From: a virus
IMG/VR virus record: IMGVR_UViG_3300045988_115635
Location: 32,001-96,000 of that record
Length of the DNA: 64,000 nucleotides
Direction: 5' to 3' (one strand)
Part shown: one piece after another, positions 38,061 to 48,112 of the stretch
Position numbering within the stretch: position 1 is the first letter of the stretch
Layout: each line of letters begins with the position of its first letter
Position numbers and translations under genes: made by a program
The notes under the pieces: generated by a model
Seen by the model: the letters and a program-made list of their open reading frames with translations, nothing else
The model's database searches: none
What the model was told of the DNA's origin: nothing

Positions 38061-39995
38061 CTAAGCGGTTACAGACGTACTGTTGATAGAGAAAGAAATG
38101 TAGATACGATTAATGCCATACATAGGCGTGTAACCCAAAGAGATGTTGATTTGTGTTGGGTCGGTCGTATCCTGCTCAACAGACGGGTCTGTATATTCTG
38201 ATAGATAACCAGCGTTTTGCATTTGAGACAAAAGCGTATCGGTACTTGATTTAATATCAAGCAGTACCTGTGCAGATGCCACAGAACCGATAAAGCCTGT
38301 CTGGAATGCCCTGCGCAAAGATTTTATAATATAAAGCTTGCAAAGCTGAATGTTAAGTTCACGCTTAATAACAGATGATGTAGAAGTCGTAATGCCCTGA
38401 ATTACAGTCATTTGGCTATTCATCTGGTCGATGTATAACAAGCCGTTGTTTACCTGATTTGACTTAATGGTAGTCGTATAAGATTCGTTAGGACCATACA
38501 AGCCTAATACAGTCTTATGCGTCAATGGCGTGTACTGTGGTAGCGAACTTGCCAAACCAGCAATAGCAGCAGCACCGTAGAAACCAGCAATAGGCTCAAC
38601 AACGCTAGTAATACGATTTCTAAAATGGAATGTAGAAGGTGATACCAAAACACAATCTTCACTAGCGATACCCTGTGCATAAGAGATCATCTGATCAGAA
38701 GAAATAGTACCTTCCGTACCATCAGCACCTAAGAAAGCAATGCGTTCATCAGCATTCTCTTTCATAGCGCGAACGTGAGATTGAGCAGCATTCCAAACTT
38801 CTTGTGAACCATCAACAGGAACAACAATATCAATACCTGTTACCTTGGTGAGTTCATCGAATGCTTGTTCGAAACTCTGCAAAGTATAGGTTGGTGCTGA
38901 ATCATCATATACTGTAGATTCACAAGCACAAGCATAGAAGTCACCCAAGCCACAAAGTGAAGCAATATAAATAGCAAGCGACAAAGGAGACTGGATATTA
39001 CCTGCTGCGTCCCAGGGTACGCCGTAGGTATCAATACAAGCGTTGTAGCTTTCGAAATACTTAGCAGTTGTATAATCTTCGCCCTTGTAGTTATAAGAAA
39101 CAATAACTCTATCACCGCTCTTAATTCCACAATAGGAATAAGCGCAATAGAAGTAATTACCCTTAGAATCATCAAAAGCAGGAATGCGTGAAGATGCCGT
39201 TCTAGCAATTCTGCCAGTCTGATAATCTACAACAAAGTCCACACCTTCAATGTAGCCACCTTCTACACTACCAGAACCTGTACCATCTGGGGTATCACCA
39301 TATGCGTGACCATCGGTAGCAGAAGATACAATCTTTACGGTAGAAGTAGTACCATCAGCAGCCTTGGAAACATAAGGGTGTGCAAGGGTATAAGATGCTT
39401 CACCCACAAGCTGGATTGGTTCTGCGGTAGTCCAATCAAAGGAAATGGAAAGCTGTGTACCATTTTCTAACCTGCCGCCTACTTTAGCGTAGAACATACC
39501 AGTATTGTAGTTAATCTCGTAGTCCGTACCCTCGGTGTATTTGGTTTCTGCACTGTCCTTTACCTCAACGGTACCTGCAATCAGATAACCGTTGATAGGC
39601 TGATTTTCTGCGTCATACAGAATAGAAAAGCTAGAAACAGCGGAATAATAAGTATACTGCTTGTTTGAAACAGTCTGCTTTTCAGTTGAAGTAGTTGTTA
39701 AGTTTCGTGCGATTGATGCTTTTTGGTCTGCACCCTGCGTGATAGTATAGTCAACTCCATTGACAAACTGCGTACCGCTGGTCGAACCAGTAACAGTATA
39801 ACTATCATCAATTACGCCACTGTTATTGAGCTGTACTGCCGTAACATTATCAAGTGTTACTTGCTGTGTAGCAGTTCTGTAACCAATTGCAGGACCCACA
39901 AAAGCGACAACAGCATTGCCACCCATTACCGTATTTAATTGAGGACCTTCAACTTCCTCCGTATAAATACCAGGCAACACATAATCTGTAGGCAT
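38061..39995 (-). CDS. tail sheath protein
   Basis: A 644-aa protein with an N-terminal LPGIYTEEVEG motif, as in the sheath family. It is followed by the tube gene. Confidence 0.6.
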   Translation of the reverse strand: MPTDYVLPGIYTEEVEGPQLNTVMGGNAVVAFVGPAIGYRTATQQVTLDNVTAVQLNNSGVIDDSYTVTGSTSGTQFVNGVDYTITQGADQKASIARNLTTTSTEKQTVSNKQYTYYSAVSSFSILYDAENQPINGYLIAGTVEVKDSAETKYTEGTDYEINYNTGMFYAKVGGRLENGTQLSISFDWTTAEPIQLVGEASYTLAHPYVSKAADGTTSTVKIVSSATDGHAYGDTPDGTGSGSVEGGYIEGVDFVVDYQTGRIARTASSRIPAFDDSKGNYFYCAYSYCGIKSGDRVIVSYNYKGEDYTTAKYFESYNACIDTYGVPWDAAGNIQSPLSLAIYIASLCGLGDFYACACESTVYDDSAPTYTLQSFEQAFDELTKVTGIDIVVPVDGSQEVWNAAQSHVRAMKENADERIAFLGADGTEGTISSDQMISYAQGIASEDCVLVSPSTFHFRNRITSVVEPIAGFYGAAAIAGLASSLPQYTPLTHKTVLGLYGPNESYTTTIKSNQVNNGLLYIDQMNSQMTVIQGITTSTSSVIKRELNIQLCKLYIIKSLRRAFQTGFIGSVASAQVLLDIKSSTDTLLSQMQNAGYLSEYTDPSVEQDTTDPTQINISLGYTPMYGINRIYISFSINSTSVTA

Positions 39996-40065
39996 TGCGC
40001 GCTCCTTTTCTTAATGTACATTACTTTTTTAATTGTAATTTATATATATTTTGTTCGCTATTTAC

Positions 40066-40767
40066 TTACGCCCCTGGCGTTATGTAAGTAACGCTGCTTT
40101 CATCGTCATTACCTTTAATAATGTATTCGAGCTTGTCAGTATCAACCAATACAGACAGCTTGATTTTCTCAATAAATTCTGGTTTAAATGGGTTGATATA
40201 GTAGAATTCACCGCGAACATCAAAGCTAAATTGCTTAAATACTGTTACTTGATCAGCGTCCCATGGAGTACCCAAAGAATCATTACTTGCAGTATTTCGC
40301 ATTGTTTTAGTATTCGGTGCAATGTTGATATAGGGGTTTGAAACAAGAGTTTTCTTAAAGGTATCATCGACCTCTAAAATAGCGATGATAGCGTCTGCTA
40401 ACAGAGCTGATTCAACGGGTGATAATGCATATACATCAATAGTTATTCTGCCTGTGTATACATAACAAGCCATATCAACATATGTACCAGGATTATTTTT
40501 ATCTTCGATTTGAAACCACTCATTAGGTGCGAATGGCTGCCAACCATCATTAGAATATCCAACGCGAATATAAGGGTATGCCTGTTCAGCTATTGGATAA
40601 TCTGTTTCTACTTTTAAGTTTTCGTAGCCGTGAATAGCTACTGCTTCTTCTGACTGCAAAGCATGCCTAACGCTTGCTACAGCAGCGGTTAAGCACGAAT
40701 AATAATACCCAACATGCTTAGGTTCTTGCCAAACAATTACGTCTGACTGATAATCTGCGTCACTCAT
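40066..40767 (-). CDS. neck / tail completion protein (hypothetical)
   Basis: A 233-aa ORF located between the capsid and sheath genes. Confidence 0.35.
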   Translation of the reverse strand: MSDADYQSDVIVWQEPKHVGYYYSCLTAAVASVRHALQSEEAVAIHGYENLKVETDYPIAEQAYPYIRVGYSNDGWQPFAPNEWFQIEDKNNPGTYVDMACYVYTGRITIDVYALSPVESALLADAIIAILEVDDTFKKTLVSNPYINIAPNTKTMRNTASNDSLGTPWDADQVTVFKQFSFDVRGEFYYINPFKPEFIEKIKLSVLVDTDKLEYIIKGNDDESSVTYITPGA

Positions 40768-41323
40768 TTATCCACTCTATCATTCCGCCAACATAGGCAT
40801 AATCTATATCTTCTTGGTGTTTATCTATTGATTCATCAATAGCTTCAGAAATAAATTCTACAGGTTTGTGACCTGGGTGCACCCAGCTTCTAGCCTGCTT
40901 ATATTCAGGCATGAGTTCACCATCTTGATTTCTTATCCAATAGGTTTTCTTACCACTTCTAAATTGATTGATATTGGTTACTTTTCTAAAGATAAGCACG
41001 CCATCAATCATCATCGGTATTGTTTTGCCGTAGAGTGCTTTCATACTAAAAGATTGAAAGCCGTTTTCTTGATAGATTAAGTAGTGGTAATCTTCATTGA
41101 TTCCTACGCCTGCTTCACCTGCTTCATAGTCAGGCGATGGATAAAAAGCAGAAGTGCCACCTTTAAACGTCTTAAAGATAGCACTACCCTTTTCTGCTGC
41201 TATATTGCAAGCGTCTTTACTTATTTCGTCTAAGACTTGATTAGCTAAGTGAGTGCCAGTTAATGGCATATCACTATACACGTCTTCTACTACTTTTTCG
41301 TCCATAAAAACCTCTAGGGCCAT
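40760..41323 (-). CDS. neck protein (hypothetical)
   Basis: A 187-aa ORF with overlapping gene junctions on both sides. Confidence 0.35.
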   Translation of the reverse strand: MALEVFMDEKVVEDVYSDMPLTGTHLANQVLDEISKDACNIAAEKGSAIFKTFKGGTSAFYPSPDYEAGEAGVGINEDYHYLIYQENGFQSFSMKALYGKTIPMMIDGVLIFRKVTNINQFRSGKKTYWIRNQDGELMPEYKQARSWVHPGHKPVEFISEAIDESIDKHQEDIDYAYVGGMIEWINE

Positions 41324-42030
41324 TGTGGTTTAGATTGCCATTTATTCCCGTTTTGATTATCTGAATTCATGAGGTATTGAGGGTCGCATACATTGTCACG
41401 TGATTCGGTTAAATCAAAATCAACACCCCAAAATTCTTTTGAATACCTTTTATCAGTAGGGAAAAGTAGCTTACCTTGACCTTGCTGCGAGATAATCATT
41501 CTTTGAAAGTTGGTAGTCATTTCAACATTATTGCTAGAAGTGACACCTTGTAGCGTTTTACATTGAACGCCGCCTTCTAGCTGAAAGATTCTACCAATTA
41601 AAGTAACTTTATCTCCTACCATATCCAAAACTTCAGCAAATACATCACCGTCATGGTAGATAGGCTCACAAGCTGCTTTTATGGTTACGTCAAACTTTTG
41701 GCTAACACCGTCTTTGCTAACCACAGTATCATCGCTTGTGTTTTCAAGTACAACTACTCTTTTTAACTCTACAGGTCTATAGCCACCTTCAAATGTAGTG
41801 CCAAAACAATTAGGACAGTTCGAAGGTCTTTTTGATTGATGAGATACCTCGTCCCAGCAAGCAGAACAATGTTCTACTAAACCATCTTTATAATCTTGAA
41901 TAGTCCAAATACGCCTTACCATAAAGGTAGAACCACAAAGACGCATAGCGTCCATAACAGATTTTCTCGTGTATAGGGTTTCTCGTGATACTTTACCAGC
42001 GTCCCAGAACCCAACTCTACCCATGCTCAT
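41314..42030 (-). CDS. neck protein with CxxC...CxxC zinc ribbon (hypothetical)
   Basis: The motif HCSACWDEV...CPNCFG is present. Confidence 0.35.
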   Translation of the reverse strand: MSMGRVGFWDAGKVSRETLYTRKSVMDAMRLCGSTFMVRRIWTIQDYKDGLVEHCSACWDEVSHQSKRPSNCPNCFGTTFEGGYRPVELKRVVVLENTSDDTVVSKDGVSQKFDVTIKAACEPIYHDGDVFAEVLDMVGDKVTLIGRIFQLEGGVQCKTLQGVTSSNNVEMTTNFQRMIISQQGQGKLLFPTDKRYSKEFWGVDFDLTESRDNVCDPQYLMNSDNQNGNKWQSKPQWP

Positions 42031-42032
42031 TG

Positions 42033-42608
42033 TTATCTACTCCACCAAGGCATTGCTTTTTCGTAATGCTGATAAAATGGGTAGCCTAAATTCGCCCAAG
42101 GGGTAGAAGCCCAGTCAATAAGCACCTGGTTGCTTGAAGCTGCGAGCATATCTTGAAGAATGCTTGATAACTTCTTACCCATATCTTTAAGTTGCCCCAT
42201 ATAGTCATTAAGTACCGTCTGCCACCTATTGAGGTAGTCTCTACGCACTACGTCAGGAGCACCAACTCGTGAAGTATCAGGAATTTCTACATAACCAATA
42301 ATATATTCACGAATAACTTCAATTTTTAAGCCAATTTCAAAAGCCTGTTCAAAAACAGGGACGGTAAAAGGGTATGAGTTTTCATCCCAGTTAGCACCTG
42401 GGTGTAGGCAATAAGTCATTACAGTACCTATTGCCGCTGGTACTAACACAGAAACAGTATCAATAGAATATGGCGTTGTTTCTTCTAAAAATGGTCCAAA
42501 TTCGTCATTGTCGAATTGCACGTTGAAATAAGAACAAACGTTTTTTACAGCGTTTTGCGCTGGTTCTGGCAATTCATCGAATGTTGGGTGTGTAGGCTGA
42601 ATTTCCAT
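42033..42608 (-). CDS. head-tail connector protein (hypothetical)
   Basis: A 191-aa protein; the call is positional only. Confidence 0.35.
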   Translation of the reverse strand: MEIQPTHPTFDELPEPAQNAVKNVCSYFNVQFDNDEFGPFLEETTPYSIDTVSVLVPAAIGTVMTYCLHPGANWDENSYPFTVPVFEQAFEIGLKIEVIREYIIGYVEIPDTSRVGAPDVVRRDYLNRWQTVLNDYMGQLKDMGKKLSSILQDMLAASSNQVLIDWASTPWANLGYPFYQHYEKAMPWWSR

Positions 42609-42629
42609 ATTACCGCCCCTAGATTTTAT

Positions 42630-43148
42630 TTACTCATTGTCGTATTCAGGAATTTCCTCGGTGAGTTCTTCTAAAGGAGAAACAGATTCTTTAACTTCTT
42701 CTTTTTCTTCTTTTCCCTCGGTCTTTTCCTCGGTCTTTTCCTCGGTCTTCTTTACCCACTTACCGTCTACTTTTTCGTAGTCGTCAGGGTTTTCCTTCTT
42801 GTGTCTACCACAGAAATGAATCTTATCTTCATCGCCATTTGCAACACTTACAACAGCATTGCAAACCTCACCGTTTTTCTTAACTGCTGGACAGTGCACG
42901 ACAGTCATTACTTCTTCTTCATCATCTTCCGCAACGTCAATTACCTCAACGTTAGGAATAGCAACCTTTTTCTTTTTAGGAGCGTCAACTACCTCAACTT
43001 TGCCCTGTGCAATAAGAGTTTTAATAGTTTCGTCTTCCTCGGTCGCGTTAACAATGGTTACTGTTTCGCCTGGTCCGATTTGTTTATGGTTTGCGCCATT
43101 GTTATAAGAAAAATTCTGATAGGTGTTTGTTAGATTTTTAAGAAACAT
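42630..43148 (-). CDS. hypothetical Zn-ribbon protein with KTEE repeats and acidic tail
   Basis: HCPAVKKNGEVCN...HFCGRH and TEEKTEEKTEGKEEKEE are present. A strong RBS AAAAGGAGA precedes the ATG. It has its own upstream motif copy 4. Confidence 0.45.
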   Translation of the reverse strand: MFLKNLTNTYQNFSYNNGANHKQIGPGETVTIVNATEEDETIKTLIAQGKVEVVDAPKKKKVAIPNVEVIDVAEDDEEEVMTVVHCPAVKKNGEVCNAVVSVANGDEDKIHFCGRHKKENPDDYEKVDGKWVKKTEEKTEEKTEGKEEKEEVKESVSPLEELTEEIPEYDNE

Positions 43149-43223
43149 TATGTATCTCCTTTTGTTTGGTACGTCATAAGAAAATAATAACCCAAACAGC
43201 TAATAAACGCACCTATTCGCAAC

Positions 43224-43256
43224 CTCAATAAAATAATTGAGATAGAACAAATGTTT
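43224..43256 (-). promoter_or_regulatory. copy 4 of conserved intergenic dyad motif
   Basis: The plus strand reads ctcaataaaataattgagatagaacaaatgtttg. It sits between the capsid terminator and gene 42630..43148. Confidence 0.5.
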
Positions 43257-43267
43257 GTATTTAGGCA

Positions 43268-43299
43268 TAAAAAAAGACGGGTGGTAAAAACCACCCGCC
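43268..43299 (-). terminator. rho-independent terminator after major capsid gene
   Basis: A stem CGGGTGG/CCACCCG (extendable with G-C) with loop taaaaa is followed on the minus strand by U7-8 (plus-strand a-run at 43268-43275). Confidence 0.7.
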
Positions 43300-43314
43300 T
43301 AAGAAAGTTAATCT

Positions 43315-44280
43315 TTAGTTACCCTGAAGATCCACACGAACAATACCGTAGGAGTTAGCAACAATAAGATTGATAAGCTCGGAATATACCCAACCAATGG
43401 TGAAGTTTTCAGCCTTTGGATTATCTACGCCGTCAAGCTGCTTCAGAATTGGCATCCAACCGATGTACTCTGGCTCTGGAATCATGTAAATCTTATCCAA
43501 AGGACAAATTACAGAAGTCATGATGGAGAACTTGCCCATCTTAGTAATAGGCTTACCGTCCATAACATCATCGAGGAATTTAACACCAGTGGTATCAATC
43601 TTCCATGTGTACAGGTCGTTAGCCGTAGCAGGATTCATGATAACTCGGTGAGATTCAAGACGATTCTGAATAGCGATCTTTTCAGCGTTATAGAAAGCCG
43701 TAGGAGAAATATCACCAGTAACGGTAGATACATGAGAGGTAAGACCAGCAGTATCAGGAGAAGATGAGGTGATCTTAGATACAGCAGCATCGAAGCAGCT
43801 AAACAGATAGCCGTCTTCCTGCTCCATAATACGCTGTTCAGCTTCGCCCTTAGCATAGTCAACCATGTTAATAGCCAACTTGTAAATATCCTCTTCAGAG
43901 ATTACAGGGAAAGCAGCAATACGAATTACATCATAGCGTACACGGTTGCCTTCATACTGCGAGATTTTAACCTCATTGTCATGCGGTTGCAGCTTATAAG
44001 CAGCACCAAACTCGGTGGTAATATCGTAGAAAAGACCTGCGCCCTGTGGTAGAGGGTCTTCCATAAGAACAGAGCGAACGATGCCTTCATAGCGCAAACG
44101 GATAATGATAGGACCTACAACGCCCTGTGCAACCTTAGTAGATGCAAGTCTAGGGTCGTGCTTATTTTCAGACAAAATACGATTCAAAGATGCCTGTCGC
44201 TTTTTAGGAGAAGATGGATTTTTACCCAACTCAGCGACAATTTCAGCAGAAGTCTTAGGCATTGCCATAGTTAAACGCAC
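43315..44280 (-). CDS. major capsid protein (putative)
   Basis: A 321-aa protein immediately after the scaffold and decoration-like genes. It is followed by a strong terminator, the typical layout of a highly expressed head gene. Confidence 0.5.
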   Translation of the reverse strand: MRLTMAMPKTSAEIVAELGKNPSSPKKRQASLNRILSENKHDPRLASTKVAQGVVGPIIIRLRYEGIVRSVLMEDPLPQGAGLFYDITTEFGAAYKLQPHDNEVKISQYEGNRVRYDVIRIAAFPVISEEDIYKLAINMVDYAKGEAEQRIMEQEDGYLFSCFDAAVSKITSSSPDTAGLTSHVSTVTGDISPTAFYNAEKIAIQNRLESHRVIMNPATANDLYTWKIDTTGVKFLDDVMDGKPITKMGKFSIMTSVICPLDKIYMIPEPEYIGWMPILKQLDGVDNPKAENFTIGWVYSELINLIVANSYGIVRVDLQGN

Positions 44281-44288
44281 CTTCCTTC

Positions 44289-44798
44289 CTAAATAGCAAA
44301 GGTAACAAAGAGGGTGGTACCCTCCATACCAAGTAATTCACAAATAGTATTAGCGGTCTTAGTCTGTGCATCGGTTTCGAGAGTAAGCAAACCCTTAGCA
44401 GTAGACTTCAAATAAACATGTTTGCCTGCTTCAAGATTAGTAATCTGTGCAGTCCAACCAGCAGAAGTATCATATGCAGGGGCATAGATAGCGAACTGTG
44501 CATCAGCACCGCCACGCCATACACCCATGAGGTTATCACCGTTTACGCGAACCTCGTCAATACCAAGGGTAGGAGCACAGAAAGAATCTGCAAGACCATA
44601 AGGAGCCTTAGTACCGTCACACAAAGTAACAACTCCATTGCCCAAGTAAGACATAACGCAACCAGGGTAAATATCACCACTAGCAGCGGTAAATTCGGTA
44701 TCGAGGGTCATTGGCTGGCAAGTTGCCTGGGTCTTAGCAAACAAAGGCTTAATAGTTCTGTGCTGGTCGACATTACCAGGGGTTACCATAATAGCCAT
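44289..44798 (-). CDS. head decoration-like protein (gpD-like position), paralog of 49432..50352
   Basis: It lies between the scaffold and capsid genes. Its N-terminal KPLFAKTQAT...GNGVVTLCDGTKAPYGL aligns with KPIFTKTQATF...ENGVTLSTGEEAPLGL in the 306-aa paralog. Confidence 0.4.
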   Translation of the reverse strand: MAIMVTPGNVDQHRTIKPLFAKTQATCQPMTLDTEFTAASGDIYPGCVMSYLGNGVVTLCDGTKAPYGLADSFCAPTLGIDEVRVNGDNLMGVWRGGADAQFAIYAPAYDTSAGWTAQITNLEAGKHVYLKSTAKGLLTLETDAQTKTANTICELLGMEGTTLFVTFAI

Positions 44799-44816
44799 AT
44801 AGACACACTCCTTTCT

Positions 44817-45809
44817 TTAGAACAAAGCACCGTAATTAGGTGCGGTAGATTTTTCAACATTAGCATGCTTTACTGGCATATGCTTTGCTGGCTTAATACC
44901 AGCTACCTTTTGAGCAGAACCACAAGCACGAAGCTTTTTAGCTACAAGCTTCATTTCCTTTGCAGAATACTTGTTCATGTATTCGTTGCACTTTGCAGCT
45001 TCACGAACAGTTGCAGGAATAACACCCGCTGCCTTTTCAGCCTTTACCATTTCGAGAGCAGCAACGAACTTTTGCTGTGCTGCTTCTACAGTCGAAGGGG
45101 GCTTTACGCCTTCGCCGTTATCCTTGGTGGTATCGTCTGGGGTGATAGATTCCTCTACCAAATCATCAGATACAGCAACCTCGGTTGCAGTGTCCTTCTG
45201 CGGCAAATCACCGTGGTCTGGGGTATCCTTTACCAAGTCGTCAGAAATAGATTCTTCTGCTTTCTTGGTACGCTTTGCCTTGCGAGAAAGTTTACGCTTT
45301 GCAGCCTTGCGCTTTGCAACTGCTTCAATAGTATCCTCTACAGCTTCTTCAATTACTTCTTCAAGCTGCTCCTGGGGTACATCAACGTCTTCTGGGATAG
45401 TTTCCATTACAGCTTCAGTAGCTTCTTCTGCTACTTCTTCTGCTACCTCGTCAACGTCTTTTCCTTCGGTATCTACATCAACGATCTCATCAAGTTCTTC
45501 ACCATGATCTTCCTGTGCAATCTTAAAGGCTTTAATCTTAATGCGTCTTGCCAAACGCTTTGCAGCCTTTTCGTCTTGCTTAGGTTCAGGCGCGGGTTCA
45601 GTTGGTGCATCAGCTGGTTCATCAACTGGCTTTTCTACTACATCATTAGTAGTATCGTCCTGATTTTCTTCCTGTGAAGTTTTGAGAGTTTTTGCGATAC
45701 GGGTCTTAGGAGTAATGTTAGCCTTGCGAGACTTCAAAGAAGAAACATAAGACTGCAACATCTTCTTGCGCTGCTCTGCCGTCAGCTTACCCATAAACGC
45801 TCCTTTCAC
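44817..45809 (-). CDS. scaffolding protein (putative)
   Basis: A 330-aa, highly acidic E/A/K-rich, low-complexity helical protein immediately upstream of the decoration and capsid genes. Confidence 0.5.
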   Translation of the reverse strand: MKGAFMGKLTAEQRKKMLQSYVSSLKSRKANITPKTRIAKTLKTSQEENQDDTTNDVVEKPVDEPADAPTEPAPEPKQDEKAAKRLARRIKIKAFKIAQEDHGEELDEIVDVDTEGKDVDEVAEEVAEEATEAVMETIPEDVDVPQEQLEEVIEEAVEDTIEAVAKRKAAKRKLSRKAKRTKKAEESISDDLVKDTPDHGDLPQKDTATEVAVSDDLVEESITPDDTTKDNGEGVKPPSTVEAAQQKFVAALEMVKAEKAAGVIPATVREAAKCNEYMNKYSAKEMKLVAKKLRACGSAQKVAGIKPAKHMPVKHANVEKSTAPNYGALF

Positions 45810-45832
45810 TTCATTAAAAAAAATGACTTATT

Positions 45833-45850
45833 TTGTATATTTCTATACAA
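45833..45850. promoter_or_regulatory. perfect palindrome TTGTATA-N4-TATACAA upstream of scaffold gene
   Basis: The plus strand reads ttgtatatttctatacaa. It lies between the terminator-like hairpin and the scaffold RBS AAAGGAGCG. Confidence 0.3.
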
Positions 45851-45887
45851 GAATTATTTTTACATAAATTTTTTAACGCGCAACATA

Positions 45888-45926
45888 GAAAAACACACCC
45901 TGCGTTTATACAAAGGTGTGTTTTCC
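45888..45926 (-). terminator. terminator-like hairpin after 710-aa gene
   Basis: A 10-bp stem AAAACACACC/GGTGTGTTTT with a 15-nt loop. The U-rich 3' side is partly contributed by the stem itself. Confidence 0.35.
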
Positions 45927-45967
45927 AAATGCTCTCTCTTTGATTTATTTTAGCTTAATAAACTAAT

Positions 45968-48100
45968 TTAGTCTATATAATCTAAAGCTTCTTTTTGTGC
46001 TTGTTCTAAAGTATCACAAGAACCGTCTGCTACAACCTTACCTGCTAGGCTCTGGCTCATATCTGCTACTTCCCAGTGATACTTACCTGGTACGTAGTAA
46101 TCATAGTCGATTTCAATTTCAAACGGCTCAACAAAAGCTGCCCAAACACCGCTTTGTTCTTCCCAGTCAACTTGCGCATGCTTCTTAGTCTTTGAAGCAA
46201 TTCTGCTCATGTTATGATTCAACCATTCATCAGTCTTTTGCTTGCAGTATTCTACTGCTGCTTGATAAGAAGCAAAGCCGTCCTGGGGGTTATTGTATTT
46301 CTGCAACATTTCAGCATAAGAAAGAGTGTTTCTTTCCTGAATTGGCAATGCTTCTGTATCTACAGTTTTTACCTTGCAAATAGTAGTATGCTCATGCTGA
46401 TTATCCATAATTCCATCGAACCACGAATAACAACCAATATATTCGCCAGTAGAACCAAAGCTTCTATCATTAGACCAGCCAGTAAACATTACATAAACGT
46501 TAGAAAGTTCACCAACGTCTTTATATGCACCTGTTCCGTCTTCATCGTCAATCCATTCACCTTGATATTGTGCTTCTTTAGCAGCAGTAGTTACGCGAGT
46601 TAAAGGAGTAGGAGCCATAGCAGCTACAGCATCAAAGTTAAGTTTTTCAAATACAGATGCTTGCTTCATTGCGTATTGCATGTTAGGGAATAAGCCAAAG
46701 TCAATAATTTTTCCCTGGTTAGAGCAAACAACCAATCTAGGCTTACTTCCAAGGTCGATTTGGGAAACAGTGATCGAAGCTTTTTTGTCTTTAGTATCGC
46801 CCTCGTAGTAAGCATAGAATGGGTTGCTTTCGTCATGACGTGAAACGCTTGGTGCTAAATTTGCGTCTGCTTTCTTGCTATGAGATTTTTTTTTACACTG
46901 AAAGTCGATCTTTCGTGCAACCTTTCGAGATACCTTCTTAGTAATGCGTCTTCTATAAGCATTTCTGCGTGAAGCTGCATACTCATTAGCATCTTCATTC
47001 TCAACAAATCGAGACAAATCACCGATATTGCTATAAACATCATCGGTAAATTCTTCGATAAACATATTTAAGATTTCGCTGCTATCTACATAGTCTTTAG
47101 CGTAGTCATAAATATCATCAGTATAAATAAGACCGTTATCAATCTCATCATTGATGTATTCATAAACATCATCTTCGGTTTCAAAAGGACCGTCAGATTC
47201 GAGGTCACGCACAATATCATTTGCAAGGTCGTAAGCAGAAGCAGCAACCTTAGAAAGCGCGTTAGCTTTCTTCTTTAAGCTACTTTCTCTTTTCATTTCT
47301 TCCTCCGTAACTTCGGCTTGCCCATCTTCAAAATCTTGCTTTTCTGAAGGGTCTATATACTCCAACCACTTTTGTAGTTCACCCACATGTGCTTTTTCTT
47401 CATTCTTGATTTCGTCAAGACCAGCTTTTATAGATTCATCTTCAATAGCTGCGATTGCATTTTCGTAGCCTTGAATTGCATCTTGCTCATCAATAATCAA
47501 ATCACGAATGATATTTTGAGGTGTAGAAACATCTTCTAATGCTGAAAACTTTTCATTTTCGATACCTTGTGATTCCAAAATATCGTAAACAGCATCGTAT
47601 AAGTCATAATCAAGTGCTTCTTTTACTAACTCCCACCAACGATCAGAATAATCATCTAAAGCCTGCTGATGGTCGTAGTCATAAAGAACTTCACGCTTTA
47701 GCCAATCTACTACAGCGTTAGCCACAGACTGGTCTACCGTGTAAGCTACTTTCTTGTTGGCTTTCTTTGGCAATTTTCCACTTCCTGAAATATCCTGAAG
47801 TTCTTTTCCGTATTCTGGTAGGGTGATAGTTTCTTTTGCCGCCCCTCTACCCATGCATAAAGGTAATTTACCGTCTGCTTCAATCTTCTTACAGAATTCT
47901 CTAGCAGCCTTTTCATCGGCAAAAGTAGAGCATCTTACCGCTTCATTTGGCTTGTCTTTTTCAAAGACACCCGCCCAAATTTGATCACCCGTTTTATCAA
48001 TAGAATAGTTGTAGTTTTCACCGCATGAGGTGAAAATTTTGGGCATCTCTTCTTTCCACCTCAATGCGATCTTACCTACAACGCCTTTTTCTAATCCCAT
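45968..48100 (-). CDS. large acidic virion-associated protein (hypothetical; candidate internal/ejected head protein)
   Basis: A 710-aa protein with D/E/Y-rich segments. It lies in the head module between portal and scaffold. Confidence 0.35.
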   Translation of the reverse strand: MGLEKGVVGKIALRWKEEMPKIFTSCGENYNYSIDKTGDQIWAGVFEKDKPNEAVRCSTFADEKAAREFCKKIEADGKLPLCMGRGAAKETITLPEYGKELQDISGSGKLPKKANKKVAYTVDQSVANAVVDWLKREVLYDYDHQQALDDYSDRWWELVKEALDYDLYDAVYDILESQGIENEKFSALEDVSTPQNIIRDLIIDEQDAIQGYENAIAAIEDESIKAGLDEIKNEEKAHVGELQKWLEYIDPSEKQDFEDGQAEVTEEEMKRESSLKKKANALSKVAASAYDLANDIVRDLESDGPFETEDDVYEYINDEIDNGLIYTDDIYDYAKDYVDSSEILNMFIEEFTDDVYSNIGDLSRFVENEDANEYAASRRNAYRRRITKKVSRKVARKIDFQCKKKSHSKKADANLAPSVSRHDESNPFYAYYEGDTKDKKASITVSQIDLGSKPRLVVCSNQGKIIDFGLFPNMQYAMKQASVFEKLNFDAVAAMAPTPLTRVTTAAKEAQYQGEWIDDEDGTGAYKDVGELSNVYVMFTGWSNDRSFGSTGEYIGCYSWFDGIMDNQHEHTTICKVKTVDTEALPIQERNTLSYAEMLQKYNNPQDGFASYQAAVEYCKQKTDEWLNHNMSRIASKTKKHAQVDWEEQSGVWAAFVEPFEIEIDYDYYVPGKYHWEVADMSQSLAGKVVADGSCDTLEQAQKEALDYID

Positions 48101-48112
48101 AAAATCACGACC

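Noticed and set aside
44418-45677. Long plus-strand ORFs (419 aa and 178 aa) opposite the scaffold gene
   Set aside because: They are mirror-strand artefacts of the low-complexity GAA/GCT-rich acidic scaffold coding sequence. The translations are Ser/Phe/Leu low-complexity with no RBS, and they fully overlap a well-supported minus-strand gene.
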